Origin: a virus | Taxonomy: Duplodnaviria; Caudoviricetes | Strand: one strand, 5' to 3' | IMG/VR virus record: IMGVR_UViG_3300032237_000145 | Location: 1 to 40,940 of that record | Length of the DNA: 40,940 bases | In this document: positions 1-8,431 of the stretch, in pieces | Position numbering within the stretch: position 1 is the stretch's first letter | Layout: every line of letters starts with the position of its first letter | Translations under genes and position numbers: made by a program | Notes under the pieces: model-generated | Database searches by the model: none | Seen by the model: the letters and a program-made list of their open reading frames with translations, nothing else | Told to the model about the DNA's origin: nothing

Positions 1-7
1 AAATACA

Positions 8-241
8 ATGTCAGAAGTACTTACAGCAATCGAAGTAAACTGCACCACAGGTGAAGTTATTGAGCGCCCACTTACAGCAGAAGAAATCGCACAGCGTGAG
101 GCAGATGCTCAGGCAGCAGAAGCGCGTCGTGCTGAAGAAGATGCAGCAGCACAGGCTTCGGCAGATGCTAAGGCATCAGCACACGATAAATTGGCAGCAC
201 TTGGTTTGACTGCTGACGAAATCGCAGCATTAACTAAGTAA
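8..241 (+). CDS. small acidic/Ala-rich tail-associated protein (possible tail fibre chaperone)
   Basis: 77-aa ORF with N-terminal 'IEVNCTTGEVIERPLT' and a helical A/E-rich body; syntenic with tail genes at the other end of the window. Confidence 0.5.
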   Translation: MSEVLTAIEVNCTTGEVIERPLTAEEIAQREADAQAAEARRAEEDAAAQASADAKASAHDKLAALGLTADEIAALTK

Positions 242-246
242 TATAA

Positions 247-273
247 TCCCTGGGTACGGACTTAAACTGCCCA
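247..273 (+). other. small H-type pseudoknot / stem-loop in intergenic leader
   Basis: TCC(247-249)/GGA(258-260) and TGGGTA(251-256)/TGCCCA(268-273); TATAAT at 242-247; SD GGAGG before TTG start at 303. Confidence 0.3.
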
Positions 274-302
274 ACTAATTTTTCAATTAATGGAGGTGCG
301 CC

Positions 303-2234
303 TTGGCAGGCAGAGACATAACCGAAGGTAGAAGTAACCGCGCCATTGCAGTTGATATTGGTGTTAACTCATCAACATCTATCTGGCAGAACACAGATAT
401 GTCTTACGACGTAGCCGTCGGCGGACTTCCATTCTTCTATGCAATCAATGACGCACGTCCATATACTCGACAGACTGCGCCCTTTAAGAAGGACCAGTTC
501 GATAATGGCGTAGAGCCTGGCGAGCAATCGCTAACTGGTTGGTGGATTCGCTCACAGTCATCTTTCCATTCTGGTACAGGTATCAAGTTCTACGAGACAC
601 AGCGCTCTTATGCTGCTGCCGATTCTAGATATACACGCTTTACTGATAGCAGGAACGTAGATGTCTGGACAGAAGGACAAGTTACGCTGTTAAAAGACAC
701 AGCCAACATGGCTGGTGTATCTACAGGCATTTATAAGGCCATATCTGGCGTATCTACTGCTACTGATGTAGTGGTTGGTTATATCCCTGGAACTACAACA
801 ATGAGGTCTTTTCAGGCAGATGGAACAGTGGTTACAACGTATGCGCCAACTGGTCTTGGTAACATCCTTGATGGCTCTGTGGTGACAGATGGCACACGCC
901 TGTTTGCAGCAGACTCAGACCACATCTACCAAGGTCCACTCAATGCTGCATCTTCTGGTTGGTCAGAGTATTACCCAACTGGTGGTCGTACGATACTTGC
1001 TTGGGTTAAGCAGCGCTTGGTCGCTGGAATCACTAACTCTATCTATGAAATGACATCAATTGCTGGCACATATGTTAGTTTGCCAACTCCAGTGTATACC
1101 CATCCTAATTCATCATGGGTATGGACATCTATCGCAGAAGGCGGCTCTGCCATCTACGCTGCTGGATACGCAGGAACAACATCTGCAATCTATAAGTTTA
1201 CATTAACATCTAATGGCTCAATGCCAGTTCTAACATCAGGTGTCATTGCTCTTCAACTTCCTATCGGTGAGTACGTAAAAAAGATTGAGTCCTACCTCGG
1301 GTATCTCATGATTGGAACTAATAAGGGTGTCCGAGTTGCTTCTATCTCAGATACCAATGGAGACCTAACATATGGCCCACTCATCATCGAAGCAGATAAT
1401 ACTGGCCTTGATTTTGCATTCAGAGACACCTATGTATGGGTAACTGGAAGCATCGGTGGATATGCTGGGCTATACAGAATCAACCTTGCAGAAGAGATTG
1501 ACCCACTTCGCTTTGCTTACGCAACTGACACCTATCTTGATGGGGTCACTGGCTATGCAACAAGCGTTGACTTTATCGGCAACACAAACCAAATAGCATT
1601 CACAACCTCAGGCAGTAATGGCATTGCCGTGCAGTCAACAACAACACTGGCACCAAGTGGATACCTAACTACTGGTAATATCCGCTATGGAACGCTAGAG
1701 CCTAAGAACTTCAAGCGTTTGCTTGGTCGTGGTGACTTCACTAAGGGTTCAATGACACTTGAAACAGTTGACAAGAATGGCGTTGAGTATGACCACATCG
1801 CATATGATGCAACCGTGCCATCTATCGAGGTGTCAACATCATCCCCTGCCACAGCGCAAGAGTATGTAGCCTACAAGTTCGTACTATACCGTGATGGTAC
1901 AGATGCAACTGCTGGGCCAATTTTCAAGGGTTATCAGGCTAAGGCCACAATTGCTACACCGCGCCAGCGTATCATCCAGTTCCCTGTCTACTGTTTCGAC
2001 CTAGAAACAGATAGATATAACTCAATGATTGGCTATGAAGGCAAAGCCTTCGAAAAAGTTCTTGCACTAGAAACCATCGAAGAAGGTGGAGACGTGCTAA
2101 CTTGGCAGGACTTGACAACTGGAGAGACCCGCCAAGCAGTTATCGAAGAGGTAACATTCACCCGCATGACCCCACCAGATAAGCGATTCAGTGGTTTTGG
2201 TGGCGTAATTAATATAACTATCCGAACCGTATAA
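303..2234 (+). CDS. tail structural protein, beta-propeller-like (probable tail nozzle / tubular protein B analogue)
   Basis: 643 aa, beta-rich with repeated G/T/S/aromatic blades; TTG start with GGAGG SD; last gene before lysis cassette. Confidence 0.6.
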   Translation: MAGRDITEGRSNRAIAVDIGVNSSTSIWQNTDMSYDVAVGGLPFFYAINDARPYTRQTAPFKKDQFDNGVEPGEQSLTGWWIRSQSSFHSGTGIKFYETQRSYAAADSRYTRFTDSRNVDVWTEGQVTLLKDTANMAGVSTGIYKAISGVSTATDVVVGYIPGTTTMRSFQADGTVVTTYAPTGLGNILDGSVVTDGTRLFAADSDHIYQGPLNAASSGWSEYYPTGGRTILAWVKQRLVAGITNSIYEMTSIAGTYVSLPTPVYTHPNSSWVWTSIAEGGSAIYAAGYAGTTSAIYKFTLTSNGSMPVLTSGVIALQLPIGEYVKKIESYLGYLMIGTNKGVRVASISDTNGDLTYGPLIIEADNTGLDFAFRDTYVWVTGSIGGYAGLYRINLAEEIDPLRFAYATDTYLDGVTGYATSVDFIGNTNQIAFTTSGSNGIAVQSTTTLAPSGYLTTGNIRYGTLEPKNFKRLLGRGDFTKGSMTLETVDKNGVEYDHIAYDATVPSIEVSTSSPATAQEYVAYKFVLYRDGTDATAGPIFKGYQAKATIATPRQRIIQFPVYCFDLETDRYNSMIGYEGKAFEKVLALETIEEGGDVLTWQDLTTGETRQAVIEEVTFTRMTPPDKRFSGFGGVINITIRTV

Positions 2235-2251
2235 CTCTTAGGAGCGCAATC

Positions 2252-2452
2252 ATGACCCCAGCAAACTGGGCTAGCCTAGTAATATCCATCATAGCAATAG
2301 TCTCAGCATTTGCTGCATCGGTACGCTGGTTGGTTAAGCATTATCTTTATGAACTAAAGCCCAACTCTGGGAGTTCATTAAAGGATTCAGTAATTAGATT
2401 GGAAGAGAAGGTAGAAATCCTCTACCAGATTCTAGTACAAGGAAAGAAGTGA
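2252..2452 (+). CDS. membrane protein, holin/antiholin-like (one TM helix plus coiled coil)
   Basis: hydrophobic 'WASLVISIIAIVSAFAASV' then 'VIRLEEKVEIL'; directly upstream of endolysin. Confidence 0.6.
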   Translation: MTPANWASLVISIIAIVSAFAASVRWLVKHYLYELKPNSGSSLKDSVIRLEEKVEILYQILVQGKK

Positions 2453-2455
2453 TGA

Positions 2456-2905
2456 ATGAAACCTGTAGTCAAGAAAGCCACACCTGCTGCAATTGCTGTT
2501 CTCCGTCAAGCGACGGCTCTTCGTCCAAAGCGCAACAAGGCCTCCGATGGGCTCCTACCATCTGCTGCTCACCTAGCGCAGAGTCCTAACTCAGACCACA
2601 ATACAGGATACGGCGTAGACCTTACTCACGACCCTATTGATGGAATTGACTGCTTCGATATCTACCAAAAGATTCAGGCAGACAAGCGAGTCAAGTACGT
2701 AATTTTTCATGGTAAAATCTGGTCAGAGAAATCTGGCGAAGCCCGTTACACTGGCATCAACCAGCATAATCACCATTTGCATATCTCAATCAAAGAGACC
2801 TGTGGGAATGACACTTCCCCTTGGTTCCCTTGGTTGGGCAACCCAACAACCATCGCTAAGGTTAAGGCATCAGTTAAGCCTTTGCCAAAGAAGGAGATAA
2901 AATGA
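2456..2905 (+). CDS. endolysin, Zn peptidase of LAS/M15-like type
   Basis: H-x6-D motif (HNTGYGVD) and HxH motif (HLHISI); flanked by two membrane proteins. Confidence 0.75.
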   Translation: MKPVVKKATPAAIAVLRQATALRPKRNKASDGLLPSAAHLAQSPNSDHNTGYGVDLTHDPIDGIDCFDIYQKIQADKRVKYVIFHGKIWSEKSGEARYTGINQHNHHLHISIKETCGNDTSPWFPWLGNPTTIAKVKASVKPLPKKEIK

Positions 2906-3093
2906 ATAAGAAGAAACTAGAAGCAATTGCATCGACTTACCTCCGTGCAGCAGTTGCATCAGTAATCGCTCTATACCTAGCAGGAATCACAGAGCCAAAG
3001 GCTCTTCTATCTGCAGCGGTTGCAGCAGTTGCAGGTCCTCTATTGAAGGCCCTAGACACTAATGCAGCAGAGTTTGGTGTAACAAAGAAGTAA
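2902..3093 (+). CDS. holin (two TM helices)
   Basis: 63 aa, two hydrophobic segments, basic termini; ATAAAATGA-coupled to endolysin. Confidence 0.7.
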   Translation: MNKKKLEAIASTYLRAAVASVIALYLAGITEPKALLSAAVAAVAGPLLKALDTNAAEFGVTKK

Positions 3094-3098
3094 TCTTT

Positions 3099-3163
3099 TA
3101 GAAACAAGATTCCCCCTCGCCCTAGTATCACTACTATGGTAAGGGGGAATTTTGTCGTTTCTA
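3099..3163. terminator. bidirectional intrinsic terminator between convergent genes
   Basis: TAGAAAC-AAGATTCCCCCT ... AGGGGGAATTTT-GTC-GTTTCTA long inverted repeat after holin stop, facing a minus-strand ORF. Confidence 0.7.
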
Positions 3164-3167
3164 GGGG

Positions 3168-3323
3168 TTACTTATCCCAGGATTCATCCTCTAGGTCTTC
3201 AAAGAAGTTGACCCATTGCTTGCCTCGGATGCGTGCCTTTACTTCATAGTACAAGCCTTCTAGTAGGTAGAATACAGCAATACCTGCTAGTGAAGCCAAG
3301 AAGGTCTCAAAGAAATTTGACAT
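3168..3323 (-). CDS. 51-aa single-TM membrane protein (not in ORF track)
   Basis: MSNFFETFLASLAGIAVFYLLEGLYYEVKARIRGKQWVNFFEDLEDESWDK; SD GGGAGA upstream; own leftward promoter and terminator. Confidence 0.7.
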   Translation of the reverse strand: MSNFFETFLASLAGIAVFYLLEGLYYEVKARIRGKQWVNFFEDLEDESWDK

Positions 3324-3334
3324 AGTTCTCCCAT

Positions 3335-3420
3335 TATGTATATAATATATTATATCATATATACTATATAAAGCCGAAGGCTTTTATATTATATATAATT
3401 ACTTACATAACTAAGTATAC
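3335..3420. other. extremely AT-rich (TA)n tract with central hairpin; candidate replication origin / unwinding element
   Basis: TATATAATATATTATATCATATATACTATATA-AAGCC-GAA-GGCTT-TTATATTATATATAA directly upstream of replication genes. Confidence 0.45.
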
Positions 3421-3441
3421 AGAAGATTTTCCAATTGTCAA
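3414..3441 (-). promoter_or_regulatory. leftward SigA/sigma70-type promoter
   Basis: minus strand TTGACA (3441-3436), 16 nt, TATACT (3419-3414). Confidence 0.6.
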
Positions 3442-3454
3442 ATATTAGTAACAA

Positions 3455-3484
3455 TTGACAAATCGCCCATTCTGGGCTTATAAT
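3455..3484 (+). promoter_or_regulatory. rightward consensus SigA/sigma70 promoter, probably leaderless
   Basis: TTGACA (3455-3460), 18 nt, TATAAT (3479-3484); ATG at 3491 is 6 nt downstream with no SD. Confidence 0.8.
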
Positions 3485-3490
3485 CCTAAT

Positions 3491-3682
3491 ATGTCAATTA
3501 AACTAGAAGAATACACGCTACCCGAGCACATATCCTACTCGGCATTTACAACATACCTCACGTGTGGGTATCAGTACTATCTCGGCAGACTGCTCAATAA
3601 GCAGGAAGCCCCCTCCGTCTGGTCAGTTGGCGGGTCAGCATTCCACCTTGCCTGTGAGAACTATGACAAGGAGAACATGTGA
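3491..3682 (+). CDS. N-terminal part of Cas4/RecB-like PD-(D/E)xK exonuclease
   Basis: 'HISYSAFTTYLTCGYQYYL...GGSAFHLACE' is the typical N-terminus (S-x-S...C...G-x-x-x-H) of this family. Confidence 0.75.
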   Translation: MSIKLEEYTLPEHISYSAFTTYLTCGYQYYLGRLLNKQEAPSVWSVGGSAFHLACENYDKENM

Positions 3683-4293
3683 GCACCGTACAGCAACTAT
3701 GGACAGAGGCTTGGACGGCCTCCAAGGGTGATACAGACCTAACCAATGCTCGCGTGGGTGGTCGTGCTACCAAGGCTAACCCCAACAAGGAAGATGTCAA
3801 CTTCTGGAATAACCAAGGTCCAGTGTGGGTCGAAGGTTACATCAATTGGCGCAAGGCTAACCCTATATGGAAAATCTGGACAGCACCAGATGGCAACCCT
3901 GGGATTGAACTAGCCCTGACACCAATCATCAAAGACGTAGCCGTCAAGATGATTATTGACCGTGTCTTCGAGGTTAATGGCGAGTTGGTTATCGTCGACC
4001 TAAAGACATCACAGAGCACACCAACCAGCAACCTACAACTGGCATTCTACAAGTTAGGTATCAAAGAAACCTTCGGTATCGATGTCAAGTGGGGTACGTA
4101 TTACATGTCTCGCGGTAACAATATCTCGGAGATGGTAGACCTCTCTGAGTATACTACCGACAAGATGGAGTACCTCATTGAAACATTTGACAAAGCGCGT
4201 AAGGCTGCGCTATTCTTGCCCAACACAAACAGTTGCCAGTACATGTGTGGACTCACAGACTACTGTCAATTCTCTATTAAGAAGGATAAATAA
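3679..4293 (+). CDS. catalytic part of Cas4/RecB-like PD-(D/E)xK exonuclease
   Basis: IDRV...IVDLKT...QLAFY motifs and C-terminal C-x3-C-x5-C; GTG start with AAGGAG SD overlapping upstream stop. Confidence 0.8.
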   Translation: MSTVQQLWTEAWTASKGDTDLTNARVGGRATKANPNKEDVNFWNNQGPVWVEGYINWRKANPIWKIWTAPDGNPGIELALTPIIKDVAVKMIIDRVFEVNGELVIVDLKTSQSTPTSNLQLAFYKLGIKETFGIDVKWGTYYMSRGNNISEMVDLSEYTTDKMEYLIETFDKARKAALFLPNTNSCQYMCGLTDYCQFSIKKDK

Positions 4294-4698
4294 ATGGCCG
4301 AAGACTGGAAACTACAAGTATCATACAAGTTGTCAACAGGCGACCTTATCAACATTCGTGCTAACAGCGCAGATGAACTAAGCGTTCTCCTCGAAGGCAT
4401 TGGCGATTACGCAACTCAGATTCATGCAACACAGCGCCAACTACAGGGAGCAGGTACCCTAGCCCCCCTGTCGACTACCGATTCCACTACAAGCACAACG
4501 CCTCCACCCTACTCGCTACCGCCCCAGGCGCAGGCTCCGTCCGCTATGGCTCCGACAACCCAGCAACAGGGTGGTCCAACGTGCCAGCACGGACCTCGCA
4601 AGTACAAGTCGGGAATCTCCAGCAAGACGGGAAACCCATACGCGATGTGGGTCTGTCCGATGCCTCAGGGCGCGGACCAGTGCAAGCCAGTAAACTAA
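4294..4698 (+). CDS. recombination/replication accessory protein with P/Q/T-rich linker and C-terminal Zn-binding motif
   Basis: C-x-H...C...C (CQHG...WVCP...QC); between exonuclease and helicase. Confidence 0.5.
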   Translation: MAEDWKLQVSYKLSTGDLINIRANSADELSVLLEGIGDYATQIHATQRQLQGAGTLAPLSTTDSTTSTTPPPYSLPPQAQAPSAMAPTTQQQGGPTCQHGPRKYKSGISSKTGNPYAMWVCPMPQGADQCKPVN

Positions 4699-4742
4699 TA
4701 GACCAGCAATTTCCATTTTAAATAACTAGGAAGGGTGCAAGG

Positions 4743-5525
4743 ATGAGAACTCTAGTACGTTCAGTAGGACGAGCCTCAATCGGCGGGGAACCCCTTCCTA
4801 GTTCATTTAAGGCGTTTGAACAGAACAAGATTATTATACGTCGTTCAGAAGTTTCTATGTTTGCGGGCGCACCAGGGGCAGGAAAATCAACGCTTGCTTT
4901 AGCCTTAGCACTCAAGACGAACGTACCAACATTGTATATCTCAGCAGATACCAACGCTCATACAATGGCGATGCGTTTGGCATCCATGATTTCGGGGAAG
5001 AGTCAATCGGATGTAGAACAGAAACTTAATACTGATGTTGGTTGGACGAAAGCAGTCCTCCAAAAAGGAAGTCATATAGTCTGGTCGTTCGAATCGTCAC
5101 CAACCTTAGAAGACATCGATGAGGAAGTCCAAGCGTTTGAGGAGTTGTGGGGATGTAGCCCATCACTCATCGTCTTGGACAACCTCATGGATGTCGCAAC
5201 AGATGGAGGCGAAGAGTTCGCATCTATGCGTGCAATTATGAAGGAGTTGAAGTACCTTGCGAGAGCGACTAACGCTGCAATTGTGGTTTTACATCACACT
5301 TCGGAAGCAGTTCCTGGAAATCCTTGTCAACCAAGAAGTGCCATCCAAGGTAAAGTATCCCAACTCCCTGCTCTCATATGTACGCTCGGCACAGTTGGCA
5401 CATCAATGGGCGTGGCATCAGTCAAAAATCGCTATGGAAGAGCCGATGCGAACGGAACACTCATGACATGGTTAGCATTTAATCCAGAGTACATGTACAT
5501 TGATGACATTCCAGAGAACGTATGA
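4743..5525 (+). CDS. DnaB/RecA-fold replicative helicase (C-terminal ATPase domain only)
   Basis: Walker A GAPGAGKS, Walker B LIVLDN, 'LKYLA...VVLHH', 'KNRYG' motif. Confidence 0.85.
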   Translation: MRTLVRSVGRASIGGEPLPSSFKAFEQNKIIIRRSEVSMFAGAPGAGKSTLALALALKTNVPTLYISADTNAHTMAMRLASMISGKSQSDVEQKLNTDVGWTKAVLQKGSHIVWSFESSPTLEDIDEEVQAFEELWGCSPSLIVLDNLMDVATDGGEEFASMRAIMKELKYLARATNAAIVVLHHTSEAVPGNPCQPRSAIQGKVSQLPALICTLGTVGTSMGVASVKNRYGRADANGTLMTWLAFNPEYMYIDDIPENV

Positions 5526-5899
5526 CAACTAGAAAAAGCCATAAGGCTAGAGGAGCAACTTTTGAAACAGACATCAAAGACTATTTTCGAGGACTTGGAT
5601 ATGATGCTGAACGACTTGCAAGGCGAGGTAGCAAAGATGAAGGGGATGTTGTTGTCCGCTCGGACTTCATTAATGCATCAATCGGAATCCTTGAATGCAA
5701 AGCCCCAGGGGCAGGCAACGCTATTGACCTCAGCGGTTGGACGAAAGAGGCTCAAACAGAAGCAGCAAATTATTCGGAAGCAAGAGCGCTCGACAAAGAA
5801 TCGATTCTTCCAGCAGTGGTCATCAAAGCAAGAGGAAAGTCAATAGCAGATTCCTATCTAGTATTAAGGTTGGGCGATGTATTCGGTGACAACAAATAA
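5522..5899 (+). CDS. Holliday junction resolvase-like PD-(D/E)xK nuclease
   Basis: 'KARGATFE...GD...LECKA' Hjc-type motif arrangement. Confidence 0.75.
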   Translation: MTTRKSHKARGATFETDIKDYFRGLGYDAERLARRGSKDEGDVVVRSDFINASIGILECKAPGAGNAIDLSGWTKEAQTEAANYSEARALDKESILPAVVIKARGKSIADSYLVLRLGDVFGDNK

Positions 5900-6263
5900 T
5901 GACGATTTACCAGATATTGTAGATGTATTAAAGTATTACGGCGCTAGCATCAACCGCACCAGCGGTCAAGTAAACGTCAAGTGTCCGTTCCATAACGACT
6001 CACATGCAAGTGCAAGTTTCAATACAAGACAGAATATATTTAATTGCTTCGCGTGTGGTATGCAAGGCAATAGCATTCAAATAATTGCTAGGAAAGAAGG
6101 GTGTGATATACGTGAAGCAAAGTCTATCGCAGAAGGAATTACTGGGCAGAGCAACAGCCAAGTACGCGGAAAGCATTTATCTGGCGGAAGATTACCTAGC
6201 AAGTCGGGGAATCACAAGGGAAGTAGCACGGCAGGCGCGATTAGGCGTAGTAGAAGCGCCTGA
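5877..6263 (+). CDS. DNA primase, CHC2 zinc-finger part
   Basis: CPFHND...FNCFACG. Confidence 0.85.
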   Translation: MYSVTTNNDDLPDIVDVLKYYGASINRTSGQVNVKCPFHNDSHASASFNTRQNIFNCFACGMQGNSIQIIARKEGCDIREAKSIAEGITGQSNSQVRGKHLSGGRLPSKSGNHKGSSTAGAIRRSRSA

Positions 6264-6738
6264 GGCTGGACATGAACAGTACACGGGCCGACTTAGCATT
6301 CCGTATATCACAAAGACTGGCGTTGTTGACCTCCGCTTCCGCTCTCTTAACCCTGCTGTTGAACCGAAGTATATGGGTATGGCTGGTGTTGATACTCGCA
6401 TGTACAACGTACTTGATATTGAGCATGCTGGCGATTGGATTGGAGTCTGCGAGGGAGAACTGGACACGCTTACTATGTCTAAGTTGGTTGGAATTCCCTG
6501 CGTTGGCGTTCCTGGAGCGAACTCTTGGAAGAAGCACTATACTCGCCTACTTGCCGACTTTGAAAGAATCTTCGTCTTTGCTGACGGAGATGCCCCAGGA
6601 AGAGAGTTCGCAGCCTCACTCTCCAGAGAGTTACCAGTCACAACGGTATCGTTCGGAGATGGAGAAGATGTCAACTCGGTATATATCAAGCACGGAGCAG
6701 ACTATATTAGAGAAAAGATGGGGCTAAACAGTGATTGA
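6112..6738 (+). CDS. DNA primase, catalytic TOPRIM part
   Basis: 'GRLSIPY', 'PKY', 'VCEGELD', 'FADGDAPG', 'EDVN'; likely GTG start at 6112 (track start 6085). Confidence 0.85.
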   Translation: MKQSLSQKELLGRATAKYAESIYLAEDYLASRGITREVARQARLGVVEAPEAGHEQYTGRLSIPYITKTGVVDLRFRSLNPAVEPKYMGMAGVDTRMYNVLDIEHAGDWIGVCEGELDTLTMSKLVGIPCVGVPGANSWKKHYTRLLADFERIFVFADGDAPGREFAASLSRELPVTTVSFGDGEDVNSVYIKHGADYIREKMGLNSD

Positions 6739-7069
6739 TATTCCACAGTGCAGCGTATGCGGTACTAACTTTGATAACATCTTTGATGCAATCAATCATC
6801 TCATTGAAGATGATGAAGAAATCTTTGAGCCAACTTATGTACTTCCTAGTGGATACGCGTTGATGCTCGGGTCTCTACTCGAAGAGTTGTATCACCATGC
6901 GGATGAACCAGATGTCATTAAAGATATTACAGAGACAACCTATGCAACCTTGTACGCAGCGCAGACAGATGTTGTGCGCATGAAGGAACTGGTCCATGAG
7001 GCAATCATCAACCAGCACATGTCGTCCATTGATAAAGAATTGAAGGAACTACTAGAGGAGGACGAATGA
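6731..7069 (+). CDS. hypothetical acidic protein with N-terminal CxxC...H Zn-finger-like motif
   Basis: CSVC-x12-H; coupled to neighbouring genes. Confidence 0.55.
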   Translation: MIDIPQCSVCGTNFDNIFDAINHLIEDDEEIFEPTYVLPSGYALMLGSLLEELYHHADEPDVIKDITETTYATLYAAQTDVVRMKELVHEAIINQHMSSIDKELKELLEEDE

Positions 7070-7362
7070 GTATGCATAGACTGACGCAATTAGATAATGA
7101 AATGACACAGGTCACACACGAACTTAGTGACCTACTGATAAGCAAGCACCGTGACTATGGCCCGAGGAATATTTCTGATGCCCCTGGCGGTGCTATCAAT
7201 GGTCTTAGAGTACGCATGCATGACAAGTTAGCACGCATCAATAATTTAGTTGATAGCGGTGTAGAGCCACAGCATGAGTCACTAGAAGATTCATTCAAGG
7301 ACATGGCAAACTATGCAATCATTGGATTGCTAGTATTACGAGGAAAGTGGGATAACGAATGA
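7066..7362 (+). CDS. nucleotide-modification-associated domain 1 (DUF1599-like) protein
   Basis: 'KHRDYG...RMHDKLARINNL...ESLEDSFKDMANYAII' signature. Confidence 0.7.
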   Translation: MSMHRLTQLDNEMTQVTHELSDLLISKHRDYGPRNISDAPGGAINGLRVRMHDKLARINNLVDSGVEPQHESLEDSFKDMANYAIIGLLVLRGKWDNE

Positions 7363-7691
7363 AGATATTCGGACCTTACAAAGGAAGTAAACAAAATGGC
7401 GGTCGTCCAATCTACGTGTTCAAGCGTAAGAAAAAAGACGGAACAACTGTTACGACATCTAGCAATAAGGCTCGCGTTGATTACGAAAAGACTACAGGCA
7501 AGACGCTACCTAAAACCACTGACGTTGACCATAAAGATAATGGTGGCAGGGCTGGTCGTGATGGCGCTAGCAATCTCCAAACAATGAGCCATTCAAAGAA
7601 CGTTGCCAAAGAGAACAAGCGTCGCGCTACAGTTAAGAAGGCTACGCCTACCAAGAAGACTGTCAAGAAAGCGGTTAAAAAGAAGCCATGA
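7359..7691 (+). CDS. HNH endonuclease-like protein with Lys-rich tail
   Basis: DVDHKDN...SNLQTMSHSKN; C-terminal KK repeats. Confidence 0.7.
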   Translation: MKIFGPYKGSKQNGGRPIYVFKRKKKDGTTVTTSSNKARVDYEKTTGKTLPKTTDVDHKDNGGRAGRDGASNLQTMSHSKNVAKENKRRATVKKATPTKKTVKKAVKKKP

Positions 7692-8431
7692 AAACAATAG
7701 TCTGCGTTTCCGATTTACAGATACCTTACCACGATAAGCGTGCCGTTGCCAACCTTGCTGCTTTCATTAAGGCTTACAAGCCAACCGAAGTAGTATCAGT
7801 CGGCGATGAAATGGATATGCAGACTATCTCTAAATGGTCAAAGGGGACTCCCCTTGAATATGAGCGTTCTATCGGACGGGATAGAGACGAAACAACTCGG
7901 GTACTCGAGTCTCTCAAGGTCAAGCATATCATACGGTCGAACCACACCGACCGACTGTACAACACAGTGATGATGCGCTCTCCTGGGCTTCTCGGGCTAC
8001 CCGAGTTGGAACTCCCAGAGTTCCTTCGTCTAGATAAGATTGGTGCCACATACCATGAGAAGCCATATGAATTGGCTCCTAACTGGTTGCTTATGCACGG
8101 CGATGAAGGCTCTATGAAGTCCACTGGAGGGCTTACAGCCCTTGGTTTAGCCATGCGTACAGGTAAGTCAGTAGTCTGCGGTCATACGCACCGCATGGGT
8201 CTATCACATCACACGCAATCATACGGTTCGTCTACTCCGCAAACCGTTTGGGGCATGGAGGTGGGCAACCTCATGAATTATAAGCATGCAAAGTATATTA
8301 AGGGTGGACTATTCACGTGGCAACAGGGCTTCGGTATCTTGTATGTCGATGGTCGCACTGTCGTGCCAGTTACTATTCCAATTCAACGCGATGGTTCATT
8401 CATTGTAGAAGGTAAGGTGTGGGGTCGATGA
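7688..8431 (+). CDS. calcineurin-like metallophosphoesterase
   Basis: SDLQ, GDEMD, SNH, HG, GHTH motifs. Confidence 0.85.
   Translation: MKTIVCVSDLQIPYHDKRAVANLAAFIKAYKPTEVVSVGDEMDMQTISKWSKGTPLEYERSIGRDRDETTRVLESLKVKHIIRSNHTDRLYNTVMMRSPGLLGLPELELPEFLRLDKIGATYHEKPYELAPNWLLMHGDEGSMKSTGGLTALGLAMRTGKSVVCGHTHRMGLSHHTQSYGSSTPQTVWGMEVGNLMNYKHAKYIKGGLFTWQQGFGILYVDGRTVVPVTIPIQRDGSFIVEGKVWGR

Noticed and set aside
3491-4293. Cas4 as evidence of a CRISPR-Cas system
   Set aside because: Stand-alone Cas4/RecB-like nucleases are common in phage recombination modules; no cas1/cas2 or array
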